From the IMG/VR virus record IMGVR_UViG_3300030118_001869, positions 50,107-114,106 of that record: 64,000 nt of DNA; one strand, given 5' to 3'. The notes beneath the pieces are model-generated. The model searched no databases. It saw only the letters and a list, made by a program, of their open reading frames with translations, and had not been told where the DNA came from. The DNA is from a virus. Shown here one piece after another: positions 47,472 through 56,262 of the stretch (its first letter is position 1; every line of letters begins with the position of its first letter). The translations under genes and the position numbers were made by a program.

Positions 47472-49088
47472 ATGGCAACTCCAGTTTTAAACAATGGGAT
47501 TTTCCTGAGAGATACAAGCTACAAAGCTAGTTCACATATTGATTCTTATCACTTGACAGCAATGCTGGGCTCTGCTGAGCCACAGGATTTAGGTCCAGTT
47601 GATTTATGGGCAATGACTCAAAAAGTTGAAATGCCTTTATATCAAATGGCTTCGTTTGGTGGAAAGAATACAATCCTTGTGGATAATGCTAGAGGTGAGT
47701 ATAAATGGCAAACTCCCGTGGCACAAGATCTACCATTTATTGTGGCAGATATTGAGTCATCAAACTCAAGTAAAGGTATTGATGGAACTACCTTTAAAAT
47801 TAAATTATCCAAGCGTTCTTTTGGACATGGTGATATTATCACTTATGACAAGTACAATGGATTAGAATTATACATTACTGCAAGTGATATTATTCCTGCT
47901 GGTGATGGTTTCATCTATGAAGTACAATTAGTCAATAACAATAGCAGTGCTGTATTAGACAACAAGTACTTAGCTTCAGGAACTAAATTCTTTAGAAAAG
48001 GTTCTGCAAGAGGTGAGTACGGTGAAAGATTCAGTGATATTGAAGCTGGCTCAGGGTTCAGAGAATTCTACAACTTTGTAGGAGGAGCTGAAGCTCACGT
48101 ACATTATTCAATTTCTTCTAGAGCAGACTTAATGATCAAAGGAGGATTGAATGCAGACGGAACAGTTCCTGTAACTGAAATTTGGAGAAATTTTGGTGCA
48201 GGTGATAATATGTCTGTAAGTTCTATTGAAGAACTAGTAGCAAGCATGGGTAAAGCAGGTGCTAGAGATGCGTTTGAAAGCGGTCAATTATCAAGATCTT
48301 TCATTACAAATCTAGAAGCTGCACACCTAAGCAAGATTGCTAATGACATTGAAACTTACCTAATGTGGGGTAAAGGTGGTAGAATTAGACAAGATGGTCC
48401 AGATGATATTAGATTATCAGTTGGTCTATGGTCTCAGTTGGATAACTCATTCAAAAGAGTATACAACAAGTCATCATTTACTCTTGATATGTTCAAGTCT
48501 GAATTATACAACTTCTATCAAGGCAAAGTTGAATTCAAAGGCCCAGATCCACAAAGAGCACTTGTTGTACAAACAGGTATTGGTGGTATGCAATTGATCA
48601 ACAAAGCTATTGCTGATGAAGTATATGGTTCTGGACTAGTACAAAATGCTTCTGATATTGGAGCAGTAACAGGATCTGGAATGGATCTAGACTTTGGTTT
48701 TGCTTACACAAGCTTTACTATTCCATTCTTAGCTAATGTTAAATTTGTATTGAACCCAGCTTTTGATAACTTACATACTAATGATGTTGAGAACCCATTA
48801 ATTGACGGAAGACCGTTAAGTTCTTACAGCTTCATTATCTTTGATGTTACTGAAAGTGGAAATGATAATATTCACCTATTGAAGTTATCTTGGGATAATC
48901 AACTTAAGTGGTTCTACCAAAATGGTACTATGGACTACATGGGAAGAAACCAAGGATTTGCTTCTACTGGTAACTTTAATGGTTACAGAGTTTATATGAC
49001 TCAAACCATGCCGGCTATCTGGGTGAAAGATCCAAGTAAAGTTCTAAAAATTGTAATGAGAAACCCAATTACAGGAGGATCATTCTAA
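47472..49088 (+). CDS. Major capsid protein
   Basis: Position, size, biased codons, E.YLMWGKG, terminator after. Confidence 0.85.
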   Translation: MATPVLNNGIFLRDTSYKASSHIDSYHLTAMLGSAEPQDLGPVDLWAMTQKVEMPLYQMASFGGKNTILVDNARGEYKWQTPVAQDLPFIVADIESSNSSKGIDGTTFKIKLSKRSFGHGDIITYDKYNGLELYITASDIIPAGDGFIYEVQLVNNNSSAVLDNKYLASGTKFFRKGSARGEYGERFSDIEAGSGFREFYNFVGGAEAHVHYSISSRADLMIKGGLNADGTVPVTEIWRNFGAGDNMSVSSIEELVASMGKAGARDAFESGQLSRSFITNLEAAHLSKIANDIETYLMWGKGGRIRQDGPDDIRLSVGLWSQLDNSFKRVYNKSSFTLDMFKSELYNFYQGKVEFKGPDPQRALVVQTGIGGMQLINKAIADEVYGSGLVQNASDIGAVTGSGMDLDFGFAYTSFTIPFLANVKFVLNPAFDNLHTNDVENPLIDGRPLSSYSFIIFDVTESGNDNIHLLKLSWDNQLKWFYQNGTMDYMGRNQGFASTGNFNGYRVYMTQTMPAIWVKDPSKVLKIVMRNPITGGSF

Positions 49089-49104
49089 TATTAATCAATA
49101 AGAC

Positions 49105-49133
49105 GGGGAGGGCACGTCCCTCCTCCCTTATTT
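49105..49133 (+). terminator. Terminator after MCP
   Basis: GGGGAGGG-cacgt-CCCTCCT hairpin followed by TTATTT. Confidence 0.6.
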
Positions 49134-49147
49134 AAATTTAAAAAGTT

Positions 49148-49363
49148 ATGGCACTAGATAAATTCAAACAAGTTCAAGACGACAAAGTTTTAGATGCAAA
49201 AAACAAAGCTGAGCATGGTTTAGCTAAGTTTGCACATCTAAATAAAGTTGTTGACTTTGTAAATGTTAAAGCATATGCTGATAATGCTGCTGCCGTGGCC
49301 GCAGGACTAAAAGTTGGTGATTTATATCACACCGCTGGTGACGTTAAAGTAGTTACAGCATAA
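49148..49363 (+). CDS. Small virion protein
   Basis: YADNAAAVAAGLKVGDLYHT motif seen in phage fibre and decoration proteins. Confidence 0.65.
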   Translation: MALDKFKQVQDDKVLDAKNKAEHGLAKFAHLNKVVDFVNVKAYADNAAAVAAGLKVGDLYHTAGDVKVVTA

Positions 49364-49412
49364 CTCAAAAAACTTTTGCTGGGCTTAGCTCAGCATTAGA
49401 TATTTTAAGATT

Positions 49413-49433
49413 GTACATAATTATGTACTTTTG
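49413..49433 (+). promoter_or_regulatory. 16-bp palindrome overlapping a TAnnTTTG box
   Basis: GTACATAATTATGTAC plus TACTTTTG. Confidence 0.55.
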
Positions 49434-49463
49434 AGTTGAATATTAATTTAAAAACCAATAATA

Positions 49464-50483
49464 ATGAGTGATTATACAATAGTAGAAAAGTATCAGCAAA
49501 CAAAGCAACAAAGCAGTATTGCTATACGCCCTTATTTTAATCCTAATAAAGCTAATATGGGATTAGAAAATTATGGAATGGCATTACATGATGGTGTCTA
49601 CCATGAAGAGAACTTAGCATGTTTAGAACTAAATGGTGTTAAGAGATATGTAACTGGTCTTAATGAGTTTGCACCAGAAGTCAAAAGACTTGCTGTAGCA
49701 GAAAGAGAGCAGAAAGTAAAAGAAATAAGAAGTGTTGTTTCACAACTAGAAAAAGATCTAGCAGCTAATGTTGTAGATCCAGAAGATAAAGAGTTTTGGA
49801 ACAAGCTTACTTTACTTAAACCAGACAATGATAAGTTTTGGTCAAGGATAAGTCTTAAATGTGGTAATGATCCTGTATTTTTAGATCCTTACAATGACCC
49901 TTATGATTTGATTAAGTTATATGCTATTAAGGCAGGTGGCTTTTCAATTGTTGCAAAATCTTTAAAAGAAGCAAAAAGCTCAGGTGATGCACCAAAATTT
50001 TATCTTGATACGGTTGAAGAAACTATTCAAACTAGAACTGAACACAGTAAGTTAAGAAATAGAGCTATTGTAGAATTACAAAAGCTATATGATAAAAATC
50101 CAACAAAACTAAGATACGTAGCAAAAGTAGTAGATGTAGAGAGTACACAGTATACTGCAAGCATTTCTAATGATGTAGTATATGAAAATATGGATCTTTA
50201 TATAAATGCACAGGGTGCTGAAAGTAATAAGAAAAGAGCAACTGAAACATTTATTGAAGCAGCTAGATCTAGCATGGAGGATCTTAAAATTAGAGCATTA
50301 GTAAAAGATGCACTATATTATAAGTTTATCACTACTAAGTCTAGTGGTTGGATAGAGCCTTTAGATAGTGGCGTAAAATTAGGAAAGAGACCTAATGAGT
50401 GTGTTGCATTTTTAAAGAATCCAGAGAATGAAGAAGTACTAACTAGTTTGCTAGAAAAGGTAGAACCATACTGGAACGCTTAA
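49464..50483 (+). CDS. Conserved morphogenesis-module protein
   Basis: Post-MCP position as in crAss-like gene order. Confidence 0.65.
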   Translation: MSDYTIVEKYQQTKQQSSIAIRPYFNPNKANMGLENYGMALHDGVYHEENLACLELNGVKRYVTGLNEFAPEVKRLAVAEREQKVKEIRSVVSQLEKDLAANVVDPEDKEFWNKLTLLKPDNDKFWSRISLKCGNDPVFLDPYNDPYDLIKLYAIKAGGFSIVAKSLKEAKSSGDAPKFYLDTVEETIQTRTEHSKLRNRAIVELQKLYDKNPTKLRYVAKVVDVESTQYTASISNDVVYENMDLYINAQGAESNKKRATETFIEAARSSMEDLKIRALVKDALYYKFITTKSSGWIEPLDSGVKLGKRPNECVAFLKNPENEEVLTSLLEKVEPYWNA

Positions 50484-50494
50484 AAATATAAACT

Positions 50495-51199
50495 ATGACT
50501 AATGATTTACTACAAATTAAACTAAGACAGAGATTAAATAAACTGTCAAGCAATGACTTTGATAATCTTGAATGTTGGCAAATAATTGAGGCTTTTAACA
50601 AATCTCAGTTGCAATGGTGTAGAAGACAACTTCACGGTATGAATCAATACAAGGAAGGTGATGAAGGATCACAAAGACGTATAGATGATTTGAATATCTT
50701 ATTAGTTGAACAGCAGTTATCTGGATCACAGAATGCAAGTTACTTTGAATCAAATGAATTACCAGATAACTATCTGGAATACAAGAGATTAAGTACACAA
50801 GCAAAAGGAGATTGTTGTAAAGATCCTTATTCTATGACAGTTTACTTAGTAGAGGAAGCTAATATAGATTTAATTTTAAGAGATCCTTTAAAAAAACCAG
50901 ACTTTGAGTGGGCAGAAACAATAGCTACATTCATAGGAAATACAGTTAGAATATACAGAGACACTGATTTTTCTATAGTTAGACCAACTTTAACATACTA
51001 CAGAAAACCAATAACTATACAAGTTGCCGGGTGTATAAATCCACAAGATGGATCAGATAGCACCGTTGATGTAGAGTGTGAGTTTAGAGATGATATAGTT
51101 GAACTAATTATAGATGAAGCAGCTAGCTTGATTGCAGGTGACATTGAAAACATGTTACAGATGCAAAGAGGCATGCAATCTGCTGAGCGTTCTAACTAA
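50495..51199 (+). CDS. Putative head-tail ring or adaptor protein
   Basis: FNKSQ..W, RIDDL..L, TYYRKP, E.I.DEAA. Confidence 0.6.
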   Translation: MTNDLLQIKLRQRLNKLSSNDFDNLECWQIIEAFNKSQLQWCRRQLHGMNQYKEGDEGSQRRIDDLNILLVEQQLSGSQNASYFESNELPDNYLEYKRLSTQAKGDCCKDPYSMTVYLVEEANIDLILRDPLKKPDFEWAETIATFIGNTVRIYRDTDFSIVRPTLTYYRKPITIQVAGCINPQDGSDSTVDVECEFRDDIVELIIDEAASLIAGDIENMLQMQRGMQSAERSN

Positions 51200-51224
51200 A
51201 TATTTGTTTGTTATTAGAAAATTA

Positions 51225-51236
51225 TTTTGTATATTA
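51225..51236 (+). promoter_or_regulatory. Putative late promoter TTTTGTATATTA
   Basis: Exact repeat of the motif. Confidence 0.65.
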
Positions 51237-51296
51237 TTTATGTATCTATGTGATACGTATATTTAATTTATTTATAAACTTTAAAAATTAGTAATT

Positions 51297-52511
51297 ATGG
51301 CTTATTTTAATCACGCTTTTTGTAAAAGCTTTGTAGTGTCAGACGTAGTAACCACAGATGGTAATGCTACTTCTGCATTTGCGGCTGGACACATAGGATT
51401 AGTAGACAGTAGTGACTGGAAGTCTATTGCAACTGCAAATGGAACTTTAGGTGACAACGGTTTATTATACTTAGTTCAGGGCAATTATCTGACTAATGAT
51501 TCACTAGGTAACAATCCAGGTCATGGAGGTTATTCAGAATCAAACAAGTCAAAAGGGATTAACCCAAAGTATATAACAGGTCTTTGGAAATCCGCTTGTG
51601 TTGACCCAGTAAAAGCAACTGCTTCTGTTAGTATAGGAAAAGATTGTTCTCCATGTGGTGAAACACAATATGTTAGAGTAGATATCAAAGGATCACCAGC
51701 TCTAAGATTCTTAAATAAAAACATATATGCTATTGGAGACAGTGGCTCAGTATGTTGTGTAGACGGACAGACTCATGTTGATCCAGGTGTAGCTCTTGCT
51801 ACAATTGGAAAAATGTTATTAGCTGATCCAGTTGTAAAACCTTTTATTCAAGAAGCTACAGGTGGTGGTATTGTAATAACAACTGGCGGTTCTGCTGCAA
51901 CGTATACTATTGCTCAGGCATTAGGTGAAGCAGGTTCTGGAAACTATACTGCAAGTACAGATCCAGTAGGTGATAACGTTAGTGCAGAGTTAAAAGTTGA
52001 AGCAGCATATGTAGAAACTAAATTTGGAAATCCATCATTTGATACTAGAGATTTCTATGGTAAAGAGCCTTTATCAGTAGAGTTATCTTTTGTTGATATG
52101 AAAGGAGATCCTTGTGACTCATGTGGAACTTCATCTAAGACTCCAGGTAAAATGCAGCAAACAAGTGGAGAATCAGTACTTAGAAAAGTATTGTTATCAG
52201 AAGCTTACGCTCAAAACCCATTTAGTCAAGGTGCAATTGACAGTGCAAGAATTAGAGAGATTGAAGGATCTGACAAAATTTTAGCAGCTGTTGACAGAAA
52301 TGCATTATATAGAGGATTCTATATTCAGCACAGTGTACCAAGATTTAACAATCCAACAGGAACGTTTGATAATGATCAGTATTTATATGAGATTTATGTA
52401 AAATGTTCTGATGATGCGTTGATTGCTAAAATGGAAGCATTACTCAATAGAGTTGAAGCTTTAGCAAATGATGTGAAGAATATGGTTAAAGCATCTTCAC
52501 CAGACGCTTAA
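51297..52511 (+). CDS. Abundant structural protein (auxiliary capsid-like)
   Basis: Own promoter and terminator; G/A/S-rich; H.VPRFNNPTG.FDND motif. Confidence 0.6.
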   Translation: MAYFNHAFCKSFVVSDVVTTDGNATSAFAAGHIGLVDSSDWKSIATANGTLGDNGLLYLVQGNYLTNDSLGNNPGHGGYSESNKSKGINPKYITGLWKSACVDPVKATASVSIGKDCSPCGETQYVRVDIKGSPALRFLNKNIYAIGDSGSVCCVDGQTHVDPGVALATIGKMLLADPVVKPFIQEATGGGIVITTGGSAATYTIAQALGEAGSGNYTASTDPVGDNVSAELKVEAAYVETKFGNPSFDTRDFYGKEPLSVELSFVDMKGDPCDSCGTSSKTPGKMQQTSGESVLRKVLLSEAYAQNPFSQGAIDSARIREIEGSDKILAAVDRNALYRGFYIQHSVPRFNNPTGTFDNDQYLYEIYVKCSDDALIAKMEALLNRVEALANDVKNMVKASSPDA

Positions 52512-52544
52512 GATAAAAATTAACTACATAGTGGTAATTTTAAG

Positions 52545-52575
52545 AAAGGCAGGACCTAAAAGTCCTGTCTTTTTT
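52545..52575 (+). terminator. Intrinsic terminator
   Basis: AAAGGCAGGAC-ctaaaa-GTCCTGTCTTT followed by T-run. Confidence 0.8.
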
Positions 52576-52595
52576 ATTTTATATTGTATGATTAA

Positions 52596-52607
52596 TTTTG
52601 TATATTA
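52596..52607 (+). promoter_or_regulatory. Putative late promoter TTTTGTATATTA
   Basis: Exact repeat, directly after the terminator. Confidence 0.65.
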
Positions 52608-52648
52608 TTACTGTAGTGTAGTTATTCCGGACTAAATACATATATATA

Positions 52649-53185
52649 ATGGCAGAAAAACATATTTTAAGCTTAGAGATACCTACGGTTAGTAATTGTG
52701 AGGTTTTATGTGTCAAAGACACAAGTCAATATACTACAAAGTTAGAAGTAGATTGTTCAGAATTATTAATTACAATGCCAGGTTTTACTGCACCAGTACT
52801 TATCAAAGTAGATGAAAAATTTGATCTTTGTTTAAATGCTTGTGTATTAGCACTACAAAAAGTAGATTGTGGTAAAAAACGTACAAAACTTCCTGATGGT
52901 GTATATGTAGTTAGATACAGTGTGTCACCAAATGATAAAGTTTATGTAGAGTATAATCATTTAAGAATTACTAATCTCCTTACAACTTACTATCAAAAAC
53001 TATGTGACATAGATGTAAAACCTTGTGAGCCAAGCAGTGAACGTGAAGACTTACTAAGGGAAATGAATTATATAAAAACTTTAATTGACGCAGCAGTTGC
53101 AGAAGTAGAGTATTGTTCTAATCCTAATAAAGGTATGGAACTATATAATTATGCAGAAAAACTATTAAATAAAATAATATGTTAG
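52649..53185 (+). CDS. Putative tail hub or structural protein
   Basis: LPDGVY.VRYSV.P motif; Cys-rich. Confidence 0.6.
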   Translation: MAEKHILSLEIPTVSNCEVLCVKDTSQYTTKLEVDCSELLITMPGFTAPVLIKVDEKFDLCLNACVLALQKVDCGKKRTKLPDGVYVVRYSVSPNDKVYVEYNHLRITNLLTTYYQKLCDIDVKPCEPSSEREDLLREMNYIKTLIDAAVAEVEYCSNPNKGMELYNYAEKLLNKIIC

Positions 53186-53189
53186 AAAG

Positions 53190-53321
53190 ATGAACTGTAA
53201 AAATTGCAATAAACCAATATCTTGCGGATGTCAAAAGGCAGTAGCAAAAGACGGAAGCACAGTATGCAAAATGTGTTTAACAGAATATAATAACAAACTA
53301 CAAAAACAAAATGTACTCTGA
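53190..53321 (+). CDS. 43-aa Cys-rich microprotein
   Basis: Manual translation MNCKNCNKPISCGCQKAVAKDGSTVCKMCLTEYNNKLQKQNVL. Confidence 0.6.
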   Translation: MNCKNCNKPISCGCQKAVAKDGSTVCKMCLTEYNNKLQKQNVL

Positions 53322-53817
53322 AGTTGAGATAATAGAAAAACAACAAAAGTTTGCACAACAGACTTATAAAAATTTCATGTCAAGAAGATTTGGAATCACA
53401 CCTTGTTGTTTAACAGATTTAGAGTCAACTATAATTAAAAAAGAAATATGTGATTGGAATAGTAAATACAGGTCTCAAGAAGTATATCCTACTAATAAAG
53501 ATGGTGAGTTTATCACACCTTTTGAAGTGGTATCAGTAAAAGATGAACCTTGTACAGATCCATTACCAACAGAAACCAACTGTATAGTTAATTTACAAAC
53601 TATAGTTAATGCAGCTAATGATGCTGATACATTTGTCTTTAGCCAGAATACTCCATCCAATACTTGGGTGATAGTACATGGACTTGGAAAGTTTCCTTCT
53701 GTAACGGTTGTTGATTCAGCCAATAGTGTTGTAGTAGGTAACGTTGCTTATGATAGTCCTAATCAGGTAACTGTAACATTTGAAGCGTCATTTAGCGGTA
53801 AAGCTTATTTAAATTAA
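53311..53817 (+). CDS. Tail-associated protein
   Basis: C-terminal WVIVHGLGKFPSVTVVD...VTVTF..SGKAYLN domain. Confidence 0.65.
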   Translation: MYSEVEIIEKQQKFAQQTYKNFMSRRFGITPCCLTDLESTIIKKEICDWNSKYRSQEVYPTNKDGEFITPFEVVSVKDEPCTDPLPTETNCIVNLQTIVNAANDADTFVFSQNTPSNTWVIVHGLGKFPSVTVVDSANSVVVGNVAYDSPNQVTVTFEASFSGKAYLN

Positions 53818-53828
53818 AATAAACAGTT

Positions 53829-56228
53829 ATGGCAATAAAACACTTATCAAATATTAGTTTAGAACAAAATGAGTTACAAAATGCAGTAATTCATTCATTA
53901 GGTACCGCACCTACTTCTCCAGTAGAAGGACAGATATTCTATAACTCAGGTGCATCCAAAACAGTATTTGTATATACAAAAGCATCTGGTGCATATGACT
54001 CTACATTTTGGAAACCTTTAGCACCTGGTGATATTACAAGTATTACTACTTCTACACCTAACCAACTACAAATAACAAATGGTGGTGAGGGTGATACTGT
54101 GCTAGATATTATTACAGAAGCTGTTTCAACTAATAGTACAGGTTTAGCTACAACAGCACAAATTAAATCTTACGTAGATTCACAAGTAGACACAGTTGAC
54201 ACATTATCAGAAGTTTTAGCTAATGGTAATACAACGGGAGCAACTAACATAGTTGTACAGAAAAGTATACAATTACCAACGACAACTACAAATACTGGCA
54301 CACCTACAGACCAAGGTGTGATATCATTCGGAGGAACTCATACAAATGGTAACAGAATTTTTAATGATAGTTCTGGAGGAACTTTAAGAATTCAAGGTAG
54401 TAGTAATCTAAATCTAGAAGCTTCCAACATAAGGATGCTTAATTCTAATGGAAACTTACTTAAGTTAGGAGACACTGGTGCTTTCTTATATTATCAAAAT
54501 TCAGAAAAATTAGCAACTACAACTAGTGGTGTTACTATTACAGGTAGTTTAACATTAGACAGTGTAGCTATATCAGCAGTACAAACATCTGGTGAATCAT
54601 TTGCAGACAATGATACAAGCTTAATGACATCAGCTGCTATTGATGATAGAATTAATGCAGCTATTACAGCAGAGGATTTAGATTTTGCTGGTGATAGTGG
54701 TTCAAGTTCTGTTGATTTAGATTCACAAGAATTGACTATTAGTGGTGATACAGGAATTACAACTACAGCAAGTGGTCAAACTTTAACTATTGATCTTGAT
54801 GATACAGCTGTAACACCTAATTCATATGGTAGTTCTACTGCTATTCCTACATTTACTGTAGATCAGCAAGGTAGATTAACTGCTGCAGGAGAGCAATCAG
54901 TATCTACAACATTAGATATTGCAGCTGACTCAGGAACAGATAATGGTGTAGTTTTAGGGACGGATACACTTACAATATCTGGTACAGCAAATGAGATTGA
55001 GACAAGTGTATCAGGTGATACTATAACAGTAGGTATTCCAACTAATCCTATATTTACAGGTAACACTAAAGTAAATGCAGGACACTTTACAATTCAAGCT
55101 TCTAGTGGTAACAGTACACTTAGATTAGGTAATCAAACATCTGATACAGGTCAAATTTCTGCAGGTGAGAGTTTACAAATATTTATTGACGGTGATAATA
55201 ATTCTACGTCAGAGCTATTTGAAATTAAAACAACACAATCAGGATCACCATCTACAGTATTTAGTGTTGATCAAGAAGGTGATACTTCTATAAGTGGTAA
55301 TGTTGTTATAACAGGTGGTTTAACAGTAAATGGAGCAACAACTACAGTAAGCACTCAAAACTTAAATGTAGAAGACGCATTAATAGGTTTACAAAGTGAA
55401 CTTACAGGAGCCAATAGTAATGATATAGGATTTATATTTGAAAGAGGCTCAACTGGCAACAATGGTGTATTTGTTTGGGATGAAAGTGAAGACAAGTTCC
55501 ATTTAGGTACAACAACTGCTACGCCTGCTTCTACAGGCAGTTTAAGTATTACTAAAGGTAATCTAATAGCAGACCTTACTGGGAACGCAGATACGGCCTC
55601 TAAATGGGCTACAGCAAGAACTGTAACTTTTTCAGGTGGTGATGTATCCGGTAGTTTTAGTATTGACGGCAGTGCTAACGTTAGTAGTGTAGCACTTACT
55701 GTTTCTGGATTTGACAACTATCAAGGTTGGAATTTAAAAGTAAATGGATCTAGTACTACAGGCGGTGCATCTATAACATCTGGTGAGGCAGTTGATTTTA
55801 AAAATACAACAGGAGACGGTGGTATAACCGTAAGTAATCCTGCAACTAATGAAATACAGTTTACTGCGCTTGGTGCTACTACCACCAGAAAAGGTGCTAT
55901 AGAAATAGCTACGCAAGCAGAAACAGAAACTGGTACAGATAATACAAGAGCAGTTACCCCTAAAACTTTAAAAGATGGTATATTATCAAAAAGATTTTTT
56001 AAAGATACTGTAGGTAATGGCTCAGATACAACTATTACGGTAACGCATAACTTTGATACTAAGTTTGTGTTGGTGCAATGTGCAGAAAATGAAGATAATG
56101 GTACAGACCCAGGTGAGACAGTATTGGTAGATACAGAAAGAGATACTGCTGACACTGTTAAATTACATTTTGCTACAGCACCAGCAACCAATTCCATTGA
56201 CGTCATGATTGTTAATTGTAATATATAA
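53829..56228 (+). CDS. Tail fibre protein
   Basis: 799 aa T/S/G-rich; LTVNGATTTV, ATTTRKGAIEIATQAE..TGTDNTRAVTP fibre repeat. Confidence 0.8.
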   Translation: MAIKHLSNISLEQNELQNAVIHSLGTAPTSPVEGQIFYNSGASKTVFVYTKASGAYDSTFWKPLAPGDITSITTSTPNQLQITNGGEGDTVLDIITEAVSTNSTGLATTAQIKSYVDSQVDTVDTLSEVLANGNTTGATNIVVQKSIQLPTTTTNTGTPTDQGVISFGGTHTNGNRIFNDSSGGTLRIQGSSNLNLEASNIRMLNSNGNLLKLGDTGAFLYYQNSEKLATTTSGVTITGSLTLDSVAISAVQTSGESFADNDTSLMTSAAIDDRINAAITAEDLDFAGDSGSSSVDLDSQELTISGDTGITTTASGQTLTIDLDDTAVTPNSYGSSTAIPTFTVDQQGRLTAAGEQSVSTTLDIAADSGTDNGVVLGTDTLTISGTANEIETSVSGDTITVGIPTNPIFTGNTKVNAGHFTIQASSGNSTLRLGNQTSDTGQISAGESLQIFIDGDNNSTSELFEIKTTQSGSPSTVFSVDQEGDTSISGNVVITGGLTVNGATTTVSTQNLNVEDALIGLQSELTGANSNDIGFIFERGSTGNNGVFVWDESEDKFHLGTTTATPASTGSLSITKGNLIADLTGNADTASKWATARTVTFSGGDVSGSFSIDGSANVSSVALTVSGFDNYQGWNLKVNGSSTTGGASITSGEAVDFKNTTGDGGITVSNPATNEIQFTALGATTTRKGAIEIATQAETETGTDNTRAVTPKTLKDGILSKRFFKDTVGNGSDTTITVTHNFDTKFVLVQCAENEDNGTDPGETVLVDTERDTADTVKLHFATAPATNSIDVMIVNCNI

Positions 56229-56262
56229 TTGTACATTTGTTTAATTTAAAAAGTAAGTAGGC

